A DNA stretch of 64,000 nucleotides from Malacoraja senta (Eukaryota): NCBI GenBank assembly GCA_038087875.1, contig CM075994.1, positions 2,296,001 to 2,360,000 of the forward strand, given 5' to 3'. Made by a program: the position numbers and the translations under genes. This document shows positions 37,269 to 51,289 of this stretch, in pieces. Under the pieces are notes generated by a model. The model was given only the letters and a program-made list of their open reading frames with translations, searched no databases and had not been told where the DNA came from. The first letter of the stretch is position 1. Each line of letters begins with the position of its first letter.

Positions 37269-38588
37269 TAAATGTAGAAATCTCTATTGGATCATCCCAC
37301 GGCCTCCTATGCTCCAGGGGAAACAAATTCAGCCTATCTAATCTCTCTTTATAATTGTAATGCTCCAAGCCAGGTTTGTATCCTTGTGAATCTCCTCTGC
37401 ATCCTATCGAGATTCTTACCAAATAATGAAAGGCCTGGATAGAATTGGTGTGGAGAGGATGTTTCCACTAATGCGAGAGTCTAAGACCAGAGGGCACAGC
37501 CTCAGAATAAAAGGACCTACTTTTAGAAGGGAGATGAGGAGAAATGTATTTAGCCAAGGTGAATCTGTGGAATTCATTGTTACAAATGGCTGTGGAGGCC
37601 AAGTCTTTGGGTAAGAGTGTCAAAGGTTAAAGGCAGGAGAATGGGTAGGAAGATGGACACAAAATGTTGGAGTAACTCAGCGGGTCAGGCAGTATCTCTG
37701 GAGGAAAGGAATAGGTGACATTTCGGGGCACGAAACAGGAGAATGGGGTTGGGATGGTAAGAGTGATCAGCCATGATTGAATGGTGGAATAGACTCAATG
37801 GGCTGAATGGCCTAATTCTGCTCATATGACTTGGGAGCTTATGAACTCTCCAGGCCAAGTGACCTGAACATTGCAAGTTGTGCGGTGTGACCAGAACTGC
37901 TCAAAATAGACAATAGACAATAGGTGCAGGAGTAGGCCATTCGGCCCTTCAAGCCAGCACTGCCATTCAATGTGATCATGGCTGATCATCCCCAATCAGT
38001 ACCCCGTTCCTGCCTTCTCCCCATATCCCCTGACTCCGCTATTTTTAAGAGCCCAATCTAGCTCTCTCTTGAAAGCATCCAGAGAACTCGCCTCCACTGC
38101 CCTCTGAGGCAGAGAATTCCACAGACTCACCATCTCTGTGAGAAAAAGTGTTTCCTCGTCTCCGTTCTAAATGGCTTACTCCTTATTCTTAAATTGTGGC
38201 CCCTGGTTCTGGACTCCCCCAACATCGGGAACATGTTTCCTGCCTCTAGCGTGTCCAAACCCTTAACAATCTTATATGTTTCAATGAGATACCCTCTCAT
38301 CCTTCTAAACTCCAGCGTGTACAAGCCCAGCTGCTCCATTCTCTCAGCATATGACAGTCCCGCCATCCCGGGAATTAACCTTGTACAAAAATACAACTTT
38401 TTTAAATTAAAATGATAACATGACATTCCAGCTCATATTCTATGCCACTTCCAATGAAGGCATGTCACCTTCACCAGCTTATCACCCCTGATGCCACTGT
38501 CCCTCTGTCCATTGGCCCTACCATTATGTCCTACCCTTGTTTGCCCTACCATTTCTCAGGTTTAAATTCAATTTGCCATTGTTCCACC

Positions 38589-41500
38589 TGTAAAGAGGAG
38601 TCATAACACGCTGTGTCTTTACTACTGTTTATTCATGATACATATACTTTACTGCCCTAACTGTTCGTGGTCTGTCACCGGAACCAGAGAGAGAGAGCAC
38701 TGGGTGGGAAGGTTGTAATTATACTAGTGATGTGGGGAGTGGTTAGTAGTGGTGAGGTCACTATGTTAAAGGTACATGCACATGTCATCTACATCCTTCC
38801 CCTTGGAAATAAAAAAGCAATACCGTAGTGACAGGGCGACCACGTCTCATACGCTACGAGCAAGTGAGCAAATAGTTAAGCAAAATCACCATAACGGACA
38901 GGCGGCCTGACCACCCGCCCGGACCGGGTATGCAGCTCGCCATCTCCCCCCTCTGCAGGAGGAACATGAGTAGGAGCAGGCGCGGGTGAGAGAACCAGGG
39001 AATCGGGAGGAGAAAGAGAAAACGGAGACGGAGCAGGGGAAGCAGGAGCAGTAGCGGGAAGACGGGCAGGCGAGGGAGGACTGGCTGGAGGGGCAGGCAA
39101 CGTGGCAGACAGCGGGGGGGAAAAGGGGTCTGCAGGCGGCGGTGGGGGCTCGTTAACAAGCCGCAGATGTTGGCGGGACCGGCGGTAAATAGTATCGTCA
39201 TGGTCGACTAGATAGGACCGCGGCGAACCAGCAGTACCGACGACGATGGCAAGCCTGGGGTGACCGGAGGGGGACTGCATCCGGACGACTTGGCCAGGGA
39301 ACAGAGGCTGGAGGGGACGGCAGGACTTGTCGTGGGAGCGCTTTTGGATTTCTTGTTTGAGGGCAATGCGCTCCTGGACAGCAGCGGGCTGGAGAACAGA
39401 GGGAACGAGGGACCACTGGGTCACTGGGATCGGAGGTCTCGTAGTGCGAGACATCAGCCGTTGTGCTGGGGAGCCCAAGGCAGTGTCGCGGCAAATGTTT
39501 CGAAGGTTGAGGAGGGCCAGGTAAAAGTCAGAATGGGACAGTCTACAATGTTCCAGCAAGTCCTTAGCACTGCGGACAGCGCGCTCTGCCAAGCCGTTGC
39601 TTGAGGGTACTCTGGGCTGCTGGTATAGTGTCGGAAGTTCCAGCGGGCAGCGAAACTCCGAAATTCGGCACTCGAGAACTGGTTGCCGTTGTCCGATTGA
39701 AGACTTGCCGGGGTGCCAAAGGTTCCGAAGTGGCGGCGCAGCCTCCCGATAACGGCCGAAGAGGTGAGGGAGTGCAGCTGGTCAACCTCGAACCAGCTGG
39801 AGTACGAGTCCACAAGAACCAGGAAATGCTTGCCACGCCACTCGGGGGCAGGCTGTTGCAGAAGCGGCTGCCATTGCTGATTGGGAGCGAGGCTATTGCA
39901 GACAGAGCAAGCGGAGACCCTCTCCCGGATGTCTTGGGCCATGCTGGGCCAGTAGAACAAACTCTGGGCCTGAGACAGGGTGGCCTCAGCTCCAGGATGA
40001 CCGCAGCAGGCACAATGACTTTGTGTCCCTTCACGACCACGCCGTCGTGCAGCACGAGCTCGTCACGGACCAGGAAGTAGGGCACGACTCCAGGCGGCAA
40101 GGATGAACGACGGTCTGGCCAGCCCTGCCTGATGACGTCGGCAAGCTGCTGCAGGGCAGGATCCTTGGCAGTGTTGCTGACCAGGGACTGCATCTGCTGG
40201 GAAGGCACAATGTTGACGTTAAGCACCATCAGGTCAGACGATTCATATGGATGGCGATCGGTGGACGTTAGAGGTGCGCGGGACAGCGTGTTGGCCACGG
40301 ACATGTCCTTGCCCTTGCGATATACAATTTTGAACGTAAAACGCTGGAGCTGCAGCATCATGCGCTGCAAACGGGACGAGGCAACGTGGATCGGCTTGTT
40401 GAGGATAGAGACCTGCGGCTGATGGTCGGTCTCGATCGTGAAGCTGTTGCCCAGAATATAGTCCTTGAACTTGGAGCAGGCAAGCACCACAGCAAGCAGC
40501 TCCTTCTCTATCTGAGCATAGCGCTGCTCGGCAGGGGTTATGGTGCGGGACGCGTAGGAAACAGGCAGCTGCAGGCCATCATGGAGCTGCAGGCAAGCAG
40601 CACCAAGACCGAACTTGGAGGCGTCGCAGGTAAGAACAATGGGACGCTGCAGATCGAAGAATTGGAGAGTGGGGGTACTGGCCAGCCTGGACTTCAGAAC
40701 GTCAAAAGCTTTCTGGTGATGTGGGAACCAGGCCCAGGCAGTGTCCTTCTTGATCAACTCCCTCAGGGGCGCGCTCAGCTCGCTGAGGTCGGGGATGAAC
40801 TTCCCCAAGTAATTAACCATGCCCAGGAAACGCTGCAGGCTGGGCACGTCGGTGGGCGAAGACATCCCGGAGACCGCAGCCGTCTTCTGCGGGTCAGGCT
40901 TCAGCCCCGATGCAGTAAAGACGTGGCCCACATAGGTGACCTCCGGGACGCGGAAACGGCACTTCTTTGGGTTTAGTTTGAGGTTGATTTCACGGGCCCG
41001 GTCCAGGACTTGACGGAGGTGGAGATCGTGCTCAGCAACGTCCTTACCGTAGACCAGGATGTCGTCAACGATGATGGCACACGGCAGACTGGTGAACAGC
41101 TGCTCCATCGTCCGCTGGAAGACCTCGCTGGCAGAGTTGATCCCGAATGGCATGCGGAGGAATTGGAACCTGCCGAAGGGCGTGCTGAAGGTAGTCAGGT
41201 AGGAGGACTGCTCGTCCAGCGGTATGTGCCAGAAGGAGCTCTTGGCATCGAGAACCGAGAAGACAGTGGCCGGGCAAACCTGTACAGCAACGTCCTCCAC
41301 TGTTCGCATGGGGTAATGAGGGCGTCTGATGGCAAGGTTCAGGTCTTTGGGGTTGATGCAGATGCGAATTTCACTTTTGTCCTTTTTCGCAGCAACAACC
41401 ATGGTTGAGACCCACCGGGTGGGTTCGCTCACCTCCTTCAGGATGCCCATGGTAACCATGTTGAGCAGCGTTAACTCCACCTTGTCCTTCATGGCGAAGA

Positions 41501-43162
41501 AGACGCGGTGTGGTGGACGGATCATAGGTTCAACACCGAGGTCGACAACGATCTTGTAGCTGCAGGGCAGCTTGCCCAGCTTGTCGTCAAAACGGTCAGG
41601 GTATTCGCGCAGGGGGTCCATAAGGGTCCGCACCTGGTGGATATTACGGTGGAAAGAGACCAAGCCGAGGTCCTGGCACGCCCGGGCACCCAACAGGGTG
41701 ATGTTGTTAGTATCCAGTAGATAAAAAGTGAGGGGCCGAGAGGCATGCAGTACCTTGCAGTGCAGGGTAGCCCTCCCCACCGGAACGAGCACGCTTCCCC
41801 CGTAGGCATGCAACAGGGAGTTATCGGGAGTAACTTTCTCATCAGTCCTTATCTTCTTGAAGAGGCTTATTGACATTACATTGGTCACGGCCCCCGTGTC
41901 GAGTTTGGTGGTGAAGGTCGAGCCGTTGACAGTAACGCGAACCGAAGGGTCCGTTATCAGTGCAGGTGCATCCAACACCGAAAATATGCTGGTCTCCCCC
42001 TGGGAGGAACTTGTATCAGACAAAGGGAGCTCATCAGGCTGGAACTGTGAACCAAGCGCGCTATCAGCTCGAGCAAGGTTGTTTAACATTCGGCGAGGAG
42101 CAGGAATTGGCTTCCCACGGGAGCGACAGGCTGCAGAGAAATGGTTCAATTTCCTGCAAAAGTTGCACGTTTTTCCCAGTGCAGGGCACACATTAGACTG
42201 ATGGGAGGTAAAGTTGCAGTTGGGGCACCGCTGTGGGCTGCTACTCCCGGGTGCAGGGGACCACCGTTGCCATTGCGGGCCAGCGTTCCGCCGGCGGCCA
42301 GCAACACTGGCAAAGTTAATGTCATGATCAGCAGACGACACCGCCGAGGCGACAGCCTCAGCCATGCGGGAGGCATGCAGAGCCTCGGCTAAAGACAGGT
42401 CGTGCTTCCGCAGAAGTTCAGCCCTTAGTTTTTCATCTTGAAGACCATACACTAAAATGTCCCGGGTCAGTTGATCGGGGGTCAGTGTGTCCAGGCTGCA
42501 ACGCCTGGCCAGGTGACGCAACGCGGCGATATAGTTATCGATTGACTCTCCAGAGATCTGACGCCGGGTGAACATTTTAAAACGCTCTAGAATGCAGTTA
42601 GTGGGGATGTCGCACATTGCGGTAAACTTAGCCATAAGACATACCGGGACCCGAGCATCTTCACCTGCACCATAGACAAACGACTCAGCCCGTTCCAGGG
42701 CATCGGGACCAGCCAGGTTGAGAAGCAGAGAAGCCCGTGTGGCCGGGGTGGCAGCAGGATGGGCGATCGTGACGTAGTGTTGGAAGTCACATCTAAAGAC
42801 ACCCCACCGATGGGCAATGACCGAGTCGAAGACAAGCATATCGGGTTTACGGCAAGAAGTAGCCATGGCACGGGAGATAAAAAAACACAATGGGGAAACG
42901 GGTGAAAGGAAAGAAAACCCGATAAACTGGAGGCGCAAAGGTACGATGCTGACACCATGTAAAGAGGAGTCATAACACACTGTGTCTTTACTACTGTTTA
43001 TTCATGATACACATACTTTACTGCCCTAGCTGTTCGTGGTCTGTCACCAGAACCAGAGAGAGAGAGCACTGGGTGGGAAGGTTGTAATTATACTAGTGAT
43101 GTGGGGAGTGGTTAGTAGTGGTGAGGTCACTATGTTAAAGGTACATGCACATGTCATCTACA
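38589..43162 (-). mobile_element. Gypsy (Mag-like) LTR retrotransposon, near full length
   Basis: 205-bp LTRs (38589-38793, 42958-43162) with 4 transitions between them. Perfect TSD CCACC; PBS TGGTGTCAG; PPT AAGGGGAAGGA. Open gag-protease(LDTGA)-RT(IIVDD)-RNaseH(CDAS, YAQIEKE, TDH) frame; integrase frameshifted. Confidence 0.95.
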
Positions 43163-45118
43163 CCACCTAGCCTTCCAGCTGATCTATATCATACTGTAGT
43201 CTTAGACAGCCTTCATCGCTATCTACAAAATAGCACTTTTCGTATCATTTGCCAACTTCCTTATCATACCTTCAACATTCACATCCGTCATTAATGTATA
43301 TCAAAAATTTCAAAGGCCTCTTTGCTGATCCCTGGAGTACACCATTGCTCACATATTCCAATCAGAAAAACAACCCACTACCAACACCCTCCGCCTACTA
43401 TCTCTATGCCAAATTTGGGTCTACTTTGCCAGCTTGCTCTGGATCCCATTGGCTCCTGCCCGCCATGCACAACATTATATTTTAAAAAATGCTTTCCTGA
43501 GTCCATGCAGACAATATGAATCCTGCACTCACTGATATACCCGATTAGCTCTTCAAAACACACAATGAAATTTGTGAGACTGGATTTTCCATACTGTCTT
43601 TTCCGAATTAAGGGATTAATAAGTGGGATAATGGCCAAACGCGGGAACATGGGACTAGCTTAAATGGGCATCTTGCTCGGCATAGATGAGTTATAGTCAT
43701 AGACTTACAGCGTGGAAATAGGCCCTTTGGGCCAACTTGCCCACACCTGTCAACATGTCCCATCTACACTAGCCCCACCTGCCTGTGTTTAACCCTTATC
43801 CCCCTAAACATGTCCTGTCCATGTATCTGTCTAAATGTTTCTTAAATGTTGCGATAGTACCTGCCTCAACTACCTCCAGCTCCTCCAGCAGCTTGTTCCA
43901 TATACCCAGCACCCTTTGTGTAAAAAAGTTACCCCTCGGGTTCCCAATAAAACTTTCCCCCCTCACTTTAAACCTCTGCCCTCTGGTTCTCTATTCCCCT
44001 ACTCTGGGCAAGAGACTCTGTGCGTCTACGTGAGATATACTCCTCTCATGATTTTGTATGGGTTGGGTTAAATGGGCCTGTTTCTATGTTGCACGACTGA
44101 CTGAAATAGGATTTGGCCCCTTGTCCGTTTCCCTGCCTGACCCACTGAGTTCTTCCAGCCTCTCGTTTGTTTTACTCCAGATTCCAGCATCTACAATCTC
44201 TTGGGCCTCTATATTGCAGATCAATTTCCACCTTTCCCACTGAAGATAAACGCTGCCTCCTTAGAATTTTTAATTCTAATTGGTTCCCTCCCTTTAATGT
44301 AATACACACTGGCCTGTAAATATCTGGTAGCACTTTGTGTCTTTTGCTCCCACTATTTGCCCCTGAGAGGCCATCACCCTCAAAAATACTAAAATAATAC
44401 AGTGAGTGGGAGACAGCCACAGGAGACTTCTGCACTACCTGCCTCTCCTGGTGGTCACCCCTCTCTCCGATTAAAACTTTAGTGTGGCCATTTACTGTAA
44501 CTCCTGTTCATAAACCCTCTCTGCTGCCTCCTGTATGCTCCTCAGCCTGTCCAACCGATCCATGCGTTCTAAGAGGAACAGCAGCTGGACAAACTCCCTG
44601 TGGATGTGGAATCAAAGGCTGTCAGTCCTGAAAAATAGGACACACTTACCTGCTCGTGAACTTTAAAACTGCTCTGGCTCCTCCTCTGCTAAGGTTGTTG
44701 GTCCTGAGAAACAACACTAATTGAGAACTTAAATATCTCACCCCCAAGCTGATTTTTTGGAATTCTTCATGCCATGGTCAAACTTTTCACGTGTATCATT
44801 TATTATTTGTTTGGGTTCATAGATTAATCCTGTCTTGCTACACATTGCATGATCTAAAATAGCATGCCCTCTACTTGATACCATAACATGTCAGGGGTTA
44901 TGGGGAGAAGGCAGGAGAATGGGTTTGAGAAGAAAAGATAGATCAGCCATGATTGAATGGTGGAGTAGACTCGATGGGTCAAATGGTGTAATTCTGCTCC
45001 TAGAATTCATGAACATGTTATTGTAGGAACAATCACGTGGCTACTCTTAGAACATAGAACATTGGAAATGCAGCAAATGAACAGGGCCTTTAGCCCAATG
45101 ATATTGCGCTCACTGTTC

Positions 45119-45674
45119 CAAGGCACGGAAATCGCTATCAAAACATTGGGGGGGGGAAACCGGGGGGGGGACACAATTTCTTGGCGGCCGCGCACACACA
45201 AGCACGCACGCACACATGCACGCACGCACACACACACACACACACAGACAGAGCTTTGGAGGCTTCAGCCGTGGGCCCTGTGGACGGTAATTACGAGAAC
45301 GACGGCCCAACGCTAAATGCAGCTCAACTCTGCCTGTCTCGCCGGCTCAAATACTCACTCGTCCCCGGCCTATTGACAACCCCAATACCGACAGTGAAGC
45401 CCAGACACAGAAGGTGCGCGGCCGTGCCGGTGGCTTTGCACAGGATGCAGTACAGCCAGAGCTCGCCGCGCTCACCGGCTCCACCATTGTGGCCGCCAGG
45501 GCCGGCCTCCTTGCGTCACTGTGCCTGGGCGCCGCGACCTCGGGCCCGAGAGGTACCGGAGATGACAGAAGTCTGCGGGCCGGATGATCACAGGGAAAAA
45601 AATACGCCTGCGGGCCGGATGATTTTGGGTTACGGGCCGCGTTCGCCCCGAGGGCCGTAGTTTGCCGACCCCTG
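45119..45674. mobile_element. hAT-like non-autonomous element (right end clear, left end uncertain) containing a (CA)n tract
   Basis: The right end GCGGGCCGG...GGGCCGTAGTTTGCCGACCCCTG is typical of hAT/Charlie MITEs. No matching left TIR or TSD found. Confidence 0.45.
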
Positions 45675-46299
45675 CCGTAGTGCATTCAAGGCATCCACCA
45701 CTCTATTTTTAAAAATACTTTAAACTTTCCCCCTCTCACCTTAAAGCCGTGCTATCTAGCATTTGACATTTCGATCCTGGGAGAAAGACTCTGACTCTCT
45801 GCCTTTCATAATTGTATACACTTCTATTAAGTCACCTCTCAGCCTCCGATACACCAGAGAAAACAATCCAAGTTTGTCCTATCTCTGCAGTTAATACTCT
45901 CCAATTCAGGCAACATTCTAGAGAATCCCCTCTCCAAAGCCTCCAGATCCTTCCTGTAATGAGGTGACGAGAACTGCACATAATGTCCCAAGTGTAGCCT
46001 AATCAAAGTTTTACAAAGCTGCAACATGACAAACTGACTTTCATATTCAGTGCCCCGACCGATGAAAGCAAGCATGCTTTACCACTCTATCTACCCTGCC
46101 AACATTTGAAACCCTGCCAACATCTCTTGCTCTCCACCAAGAGCACACATGCCCCTGCACTCACTGAGAGTCTGAAGAAGTATCCCGACCCAAAACATCG
46201 CCTGTCCATTCCCTCCTTTTGGTCAAGATTCCAGCATCTGCAGACTCTTGTGTCTCGACCTTTCAACAATGCAGTTAGCTGGTGACGCCCATCTGTAGT

Positions 46300-47545
46300 C
46301 CATGTGTATAAAATCATGAGAGGAATAGATCGGGTGGACGCACAGTCTTTTGCCCAGAATGGGGGAATCAAGAACCAGAGGCCATAGGTTTAAGGTGAAG
46401 GGAGAAAGATTTAATATGAATCTGAGGGGTAACTTTTTCATGCAAAGGGTGGTGTGTGTATGGAACGAGCAGCCAGAGGAGGTAGTTGAGGCAAGGACTG
46501 TTGCAACTTATAAGAAGCAATTCGACGGGTATATGAATTGGCATGGTTTAGAGGGATATGGGCCAAGCACTAGCAAATGCGACAGGTGTAGATGGGGCAT
46601 GTTGGTCGGTGTGGACGTTGGGCCGAAGGGCCTGTTTCCACACTATGACTCTGACTCTCTAGAGTCATAGAGTGATACAGTGTGGAAATAGGCCCTTCGG
46701 CCCCACTCGCCCTCACTGGCAAACAATGTCCCAGCTACACTAGTCCCACTTGCCTACGCTTGGGCCATATCCTTCCAAACCTGATCTATCCATGTACCTG
46801 TCTAACAGTTTCTTAAACGATGGGATAATCCCAGCCTCAACTACCTCCTCTGGCAGCTTGTTGCATACACCCACCATCCTTTGTGTAAAAAAGTTAACTC
46901 TCAGATTCCTATTCAGTCTTTTCCCCTTCACCTTGAACTTATGTCCTTTAGTCCTCGATTCCCCTATTCTGGGCAAAGACTCTGTGTATCTACCCGATCT
47001 TTCTTCTCATGATTTTGTATACCTCTATAAGATCTCCCCTCATCTTCCTGCGCTCCATGGAATAGAGATCCAGCCTACTCAACCTCTCCCTGTAGCTCAC
47101 ACCCTCTAGTCCTAGCAACATCCTCGTAAATCATTTCTGAACCCTTTCAAGCTTGACAATATCTTTCCTATAACATGGTGCCCAGAACTGAACACAATAT
47201 TCTAAATGCGATCTCACCGGTGTCTTATACATCTGCAACATGACCTCCCATCTTCTATACTCAATACTCTGACAGATGAAGGCCAAAGTGCCAAAAGCCT
47301 TTTTGACACCTTATCTACAATACATATGATTCGACTTTCAAGGAACCATGCATCTGTACTCCTAGATCCCTCTGCTCGACAACACTACCCAGAGGCCTAC
47401 CATATACTGTGTAGGTTGTGCCCTTGTTCGACCTCCCAAAATGCAACACCTCACACTTTTCCGTATTAAATTCCATCAACCATTCCTCCGCCCACCTGGC
47501 CAATCGATCGAGATCCTGCTGCAATTTTCCACAACCATCTTCGCT
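46300..47545. mobile_element. Tail-to-tail pair of CR1 fragments (+ 46300-46658, - 46660-47545)
   Basis: ORFs 46350-46670(+) and 46740-46976(-) encode homologous CR1 C-termini. The tails meet at ...gactctctagagtc... Confidence 0.8.
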
Positions 47546-47747
47546 ATCTGCAAAACGACATCACCCTCTGTTTCCTTCCATGGAGCCAATTTGCTATCCA
47601 TTCAACTATCCTTGGATCCCATGCGATCTAGCCTTCCAGTAACATTTAAGAGAATAGACCTGATGCAATGATGCCAAAGTCGAGCCTTTCTTGAGAAAAG
47701 TGAATTATTAAAAACACGTGTGTATGTGTTTTCCCCTTGCTTTGCAG

Positions 47748-47818
47748 TACTTCTTCGTGATGTGGAAAATAACAGAAGCCAAATGTTCAGAGATAGTCAG
47801 CGACCTGCGAAGAAATGA
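47748..47818 (+). CDS. RSPH3: RSPH3 coding exon 8 (terminal)
   Basis: Strong acceptor ttttccccttgctttgcag. (I)LLRDVENNRSQMFRDSQRPAKK-TGA resembles human MLIREVVEKR. Phase matches exon 7. Confidence 0.8.
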
Positions 47819-47893
47819 AGAGACAAGACACATATTTGGTAATGAAGGAATTGCAGAAATTTGAAATTCTCTGCTAACTAATTCTTTTTGATC

Positions 47894-47899
47894 AATAAA
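47894..47899 (+). terminator. Candidate RSPH3 poly(A) signal (alternative AATAAA at 48206-48211)
   Basis: AATAAA 75 nt after the stop, followed by GT/T-rich sequence. Confidence 0.5.
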
Positions 47900-49073
47900 C
47901 CATGAATTTGTGGTGAATTTGTAGCAGACCAATGTTTTGGCGTTTGTTTCATTCAGTTTTTTTCTCTACTAACTGAAAAGTATTTGAGTTGAAGCAGCCT
48001 TCAGACAGTGGGATTCTTTCTCAGGGAATTAACCGGAGATTCAATGAGGAACGGCTTTTTTACAGTTAGTTTTCAGCAATTTTGTATGTCAAAATGTCAA
48101 AATGTTTTCTGAATGACACCTGCAAAAGATAATCTATCAAGTGGCCATAGGCTGGATGCTACAGGTGCCGAAATGTTTCTAAATATGGGGTGCACATAAA
48201 TTTGTAATAAACTTTTTGCCATATTTGAAAAAGTGCCAATCTACTGTCCTTTACACATGGGAAATATATATTGAGTAGATAGAGTCGGGCGACACAGTGG
48301 CACAACGGTAGAGTTGCTGCCTTGCAGCACCAAAAACCCGGGTTCGATCCAGACCACGGGTGCTGTCTATAAAGAGTTTGTACATTCTACCTGGCCGCAT
48401 GGGTTTTCTCCGGGTGCTCCGGTTTCCACCCACATTCCAACGACGCGCAGGCTTGTAGGTAAATTGGCTTTGGTAAGTTGTAAAATTGGCCTTGGTATGT
48501 AGGTTAGTGCACGGGGTGACACTGGTCGGCGTGGACTCGGTGGGCTGAAGTACATGTTTCTGCGCTATATCTCTAAAGTCTAAAAAATTGATATTAATTA
48601 TTCTACCGAGGTAATTGTGGCACCAATACTGCTAAATTGGACGTTGACAGTATAGTGATCCCGAGATTTTAAGCGTACACCGAGGGAACAGCAAGGATAT
48701 CCTCCATCCTCAGCAGTGAAGGGATTCGTCGATTCCTTGCAGATATATTCTGCAATCTGTATTTTCCCCTTCGCTCTACCTATTCTACTTGAGTTTGACT
48801 TGATTGTATTTATCAATCGTATTATCTAATCTGATTGGATAACATGCAAAACAAAGCTTTTCACTGTACCAACACCAGGCGTGAGACTACCTGACTTCAT
48901 ACTCGCCAATCTACCTGTAATAGATGCGTCTGTCCATGGCAGTACTAGTAGAAATGACCACCTTGCAGTCAAAAGGTAGACAAGAGTCAAGAGAATATTT
49001 TACTGTCATATGTCCCGAAACAGAACAAAGAAATTCTTGCTTGAAGCAGGACAACAGGTATGTAAACATAGTA

Positions 49074-49577
49074 TAAGTCCACCGCTAATTTTCCAGAGCC
49101 TTTCTGAATTATCCATTTTGCCAGACCATTAGAGGTCACGGACTCCAAAAGGAGTCGAATGGTACTGGAACAGTCTACTTAGGCCACCGGAGTGCCGAGA
49201 TACTACCCTACAAAGTCGGCCTCAGAAGTCGGTTATAGGAACGGATCTGCTGGCTCTGGACAGGCTGGAGTTCCAGAGCCTCAGCTGCAGGGGAAAAATT
49301 GGATCGGTAGATTGGCCACAAAGTCGGCTCTGGGGATGGATCTGCCAGCTTCAGCCAGGCTGGAGTTCCAGAGTCCCGGCTGCAGGGGGAAAATTCAACC
49401 TGCCGATCTGCCACAGAGGTCCTAATGAAGTCGAGATTGGCCGCCTCACACGGCCTGGGGGGCACATTTTCAAGGGAACTTCTGGAGCGGGGAGGGTTTC
49501 AAGTGCGCTCACGGAATTTTGTCTGGATTAAAGGAGGTGCCAGACCTCCAGTTGCCGGAAAAATGGTGGTGGACCTG
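49074..49577. mobile_element. Tc1/mariner-like MITE (same family as 33071-33558) inserted in a Rex/L2-type tail
   Basis: TA|TAAGTCCACCGCTAATTTTCC at left and GGAAAAATGGTGGTGGACCTG at right. Internal duplication of AGGCTGGAGTTCCAGAG...GCTGCAGGGG. Confidence 0.6.
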
Positions 49578-51289
49578 TCCGCTGTAGATACAATAATAAA
49601 GAACACAAAAATGTTCAATACATTAAATAAAAATCAATGTTGTGCAAAAACAAAGCCCAAAATCCCGAGTACAATCAGGAAGTTCATAGTTCAGAAGTTT
49701 AGTTGCCGTTCGTAGTGTTCACTAGCCTCATGGTTGTTGGGCCTGTGGGTGCCTTTACTACTCAGGGCATTGCGATGTGTGGTACTACCATCAAGCTAAC
49801 TGGGATGAACTGCAACAAAGCCAACATTTATTGTACATTCATAGAATCTCACCTTGAAGCTGAGCAACCATGAGGTCTTATAGTTCATTAGCAGCAGAAA
49901 TGCCACCACCACCACAGCCTGTATCTTCAGGGCCTGGTATAAAATCATAGGGGAACAGATTAGACGAATGCAGAGTCTTTTTCACTGAGTAGGGAAAATC
50001 AAGAACCAGAGGACAAAGGTTTAAGGTGAGAGGGAAAAGATTTAATAGGAACCTGAGGGGCAACTTTTTCCACACATATGCAACAAGCTGCCAGAGGTAG
50101 TAGTTAAGGCAGGTACAATAACAACATATAAAAGACATTTGGACAGGTACATGGATTGGACAGGTACATGGAGGGATATGGTCTAGACGCGGGCAGGTGG
50201 GACTAGGGTAGATGTGACATCTAGGTCACCATGTGCAAGTTGGGCCAAATGGCCAGTTTCTGTGTTGTATGATTCTATGAACTCTCACCCTACCTTTACA
50301 ATGGAGCCAGGGGATCAGCCCAGGGTCGATGCGGAGGTGCTGGGTGGGATATGAGGTGCCAGGTTTGTAAAACAACTGCACAGGACCACCCACATGTTAA
50401 ACTTCAAAATCTGCACACAGTGGACAGTGCTAAACAATCTCACAACACTCTCTGATGCCTCACAACCTTGAAGGTGTGCAGTTGTTATCACAAGTGGCAA
50501 TGGATGATTAGGCAGGGGGAGCAACCGCAAGGGCATCCATGATAAGCGTTTGATGGCACTGGGTCTGTACTCGCTGGAGTTTAGAAGGATGAGGGGGACC
50601 TCATTGAAACTTACCGAATAGTGAAAGGCCTGGTTAGAGTGGATGTGGGGATATTTCCACCAGTGGGAGAGTTTAGGACCTGAGGGCATGGACTCAGAAT
50701 GAAAGAACATATCTTTAGAAATTAGATGATGAGGAATTTCTTCAGTCAAAGGGTGGTGAATCTGTAAAATTCATTGCCACAGTTGGCTGTGGAGGCCAAG
50801 TCATAGGTATTTTTAAGGCGAAGATTGACAGGTTCGTGATTAGTACGGTGTCAGGGATTATGGGGAGAAGGCAGGAGAAAGGGGTTGAGGAGGACAGATA
50901 GATCAGCCAGAGTAGACGATGGGATTAATGGCCTTATTCTGCTCCTATGACTTATGAACATTGGTGGGGTTACTCAGAGTCATTAAAAACTGTTTTCGTT
51001 GTTATAAATTAATTTTTGGCTTATGCGAATCAAGTTGCACTCAGTTAACATGAGCAGTTAATGGTATAGATGTGCAAATGTGGGAGGAAAATAAATCTAT
51101 TAAAGCCCTAAATTTGATCTTGGATCACTGCTGCACTCAAAGCAGAAATTTTCCCTCGACATTTTGTGAAGCTTGGTCTTTGATCTACCTCCTTACACTG
51201 GAAGAACACTGATACTTACATTGCCTGAGCAGCCACAGCACCTTTCTAAACAAGATCTTAAAAACAGGATAACAGGATTATCTGCTGCA

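Noticed and set aside
39601..42392. Plus-strand ORFs over the Gypsy element
   Set aside because: They are antisense shadows of GC-rich pol coding sequence.
12129..43167. Shared LTR target preference (GATGT/G, GATGC, GGTGG)
   Set aside because: There are only three sites, one imperfect, which is compatible with chance.
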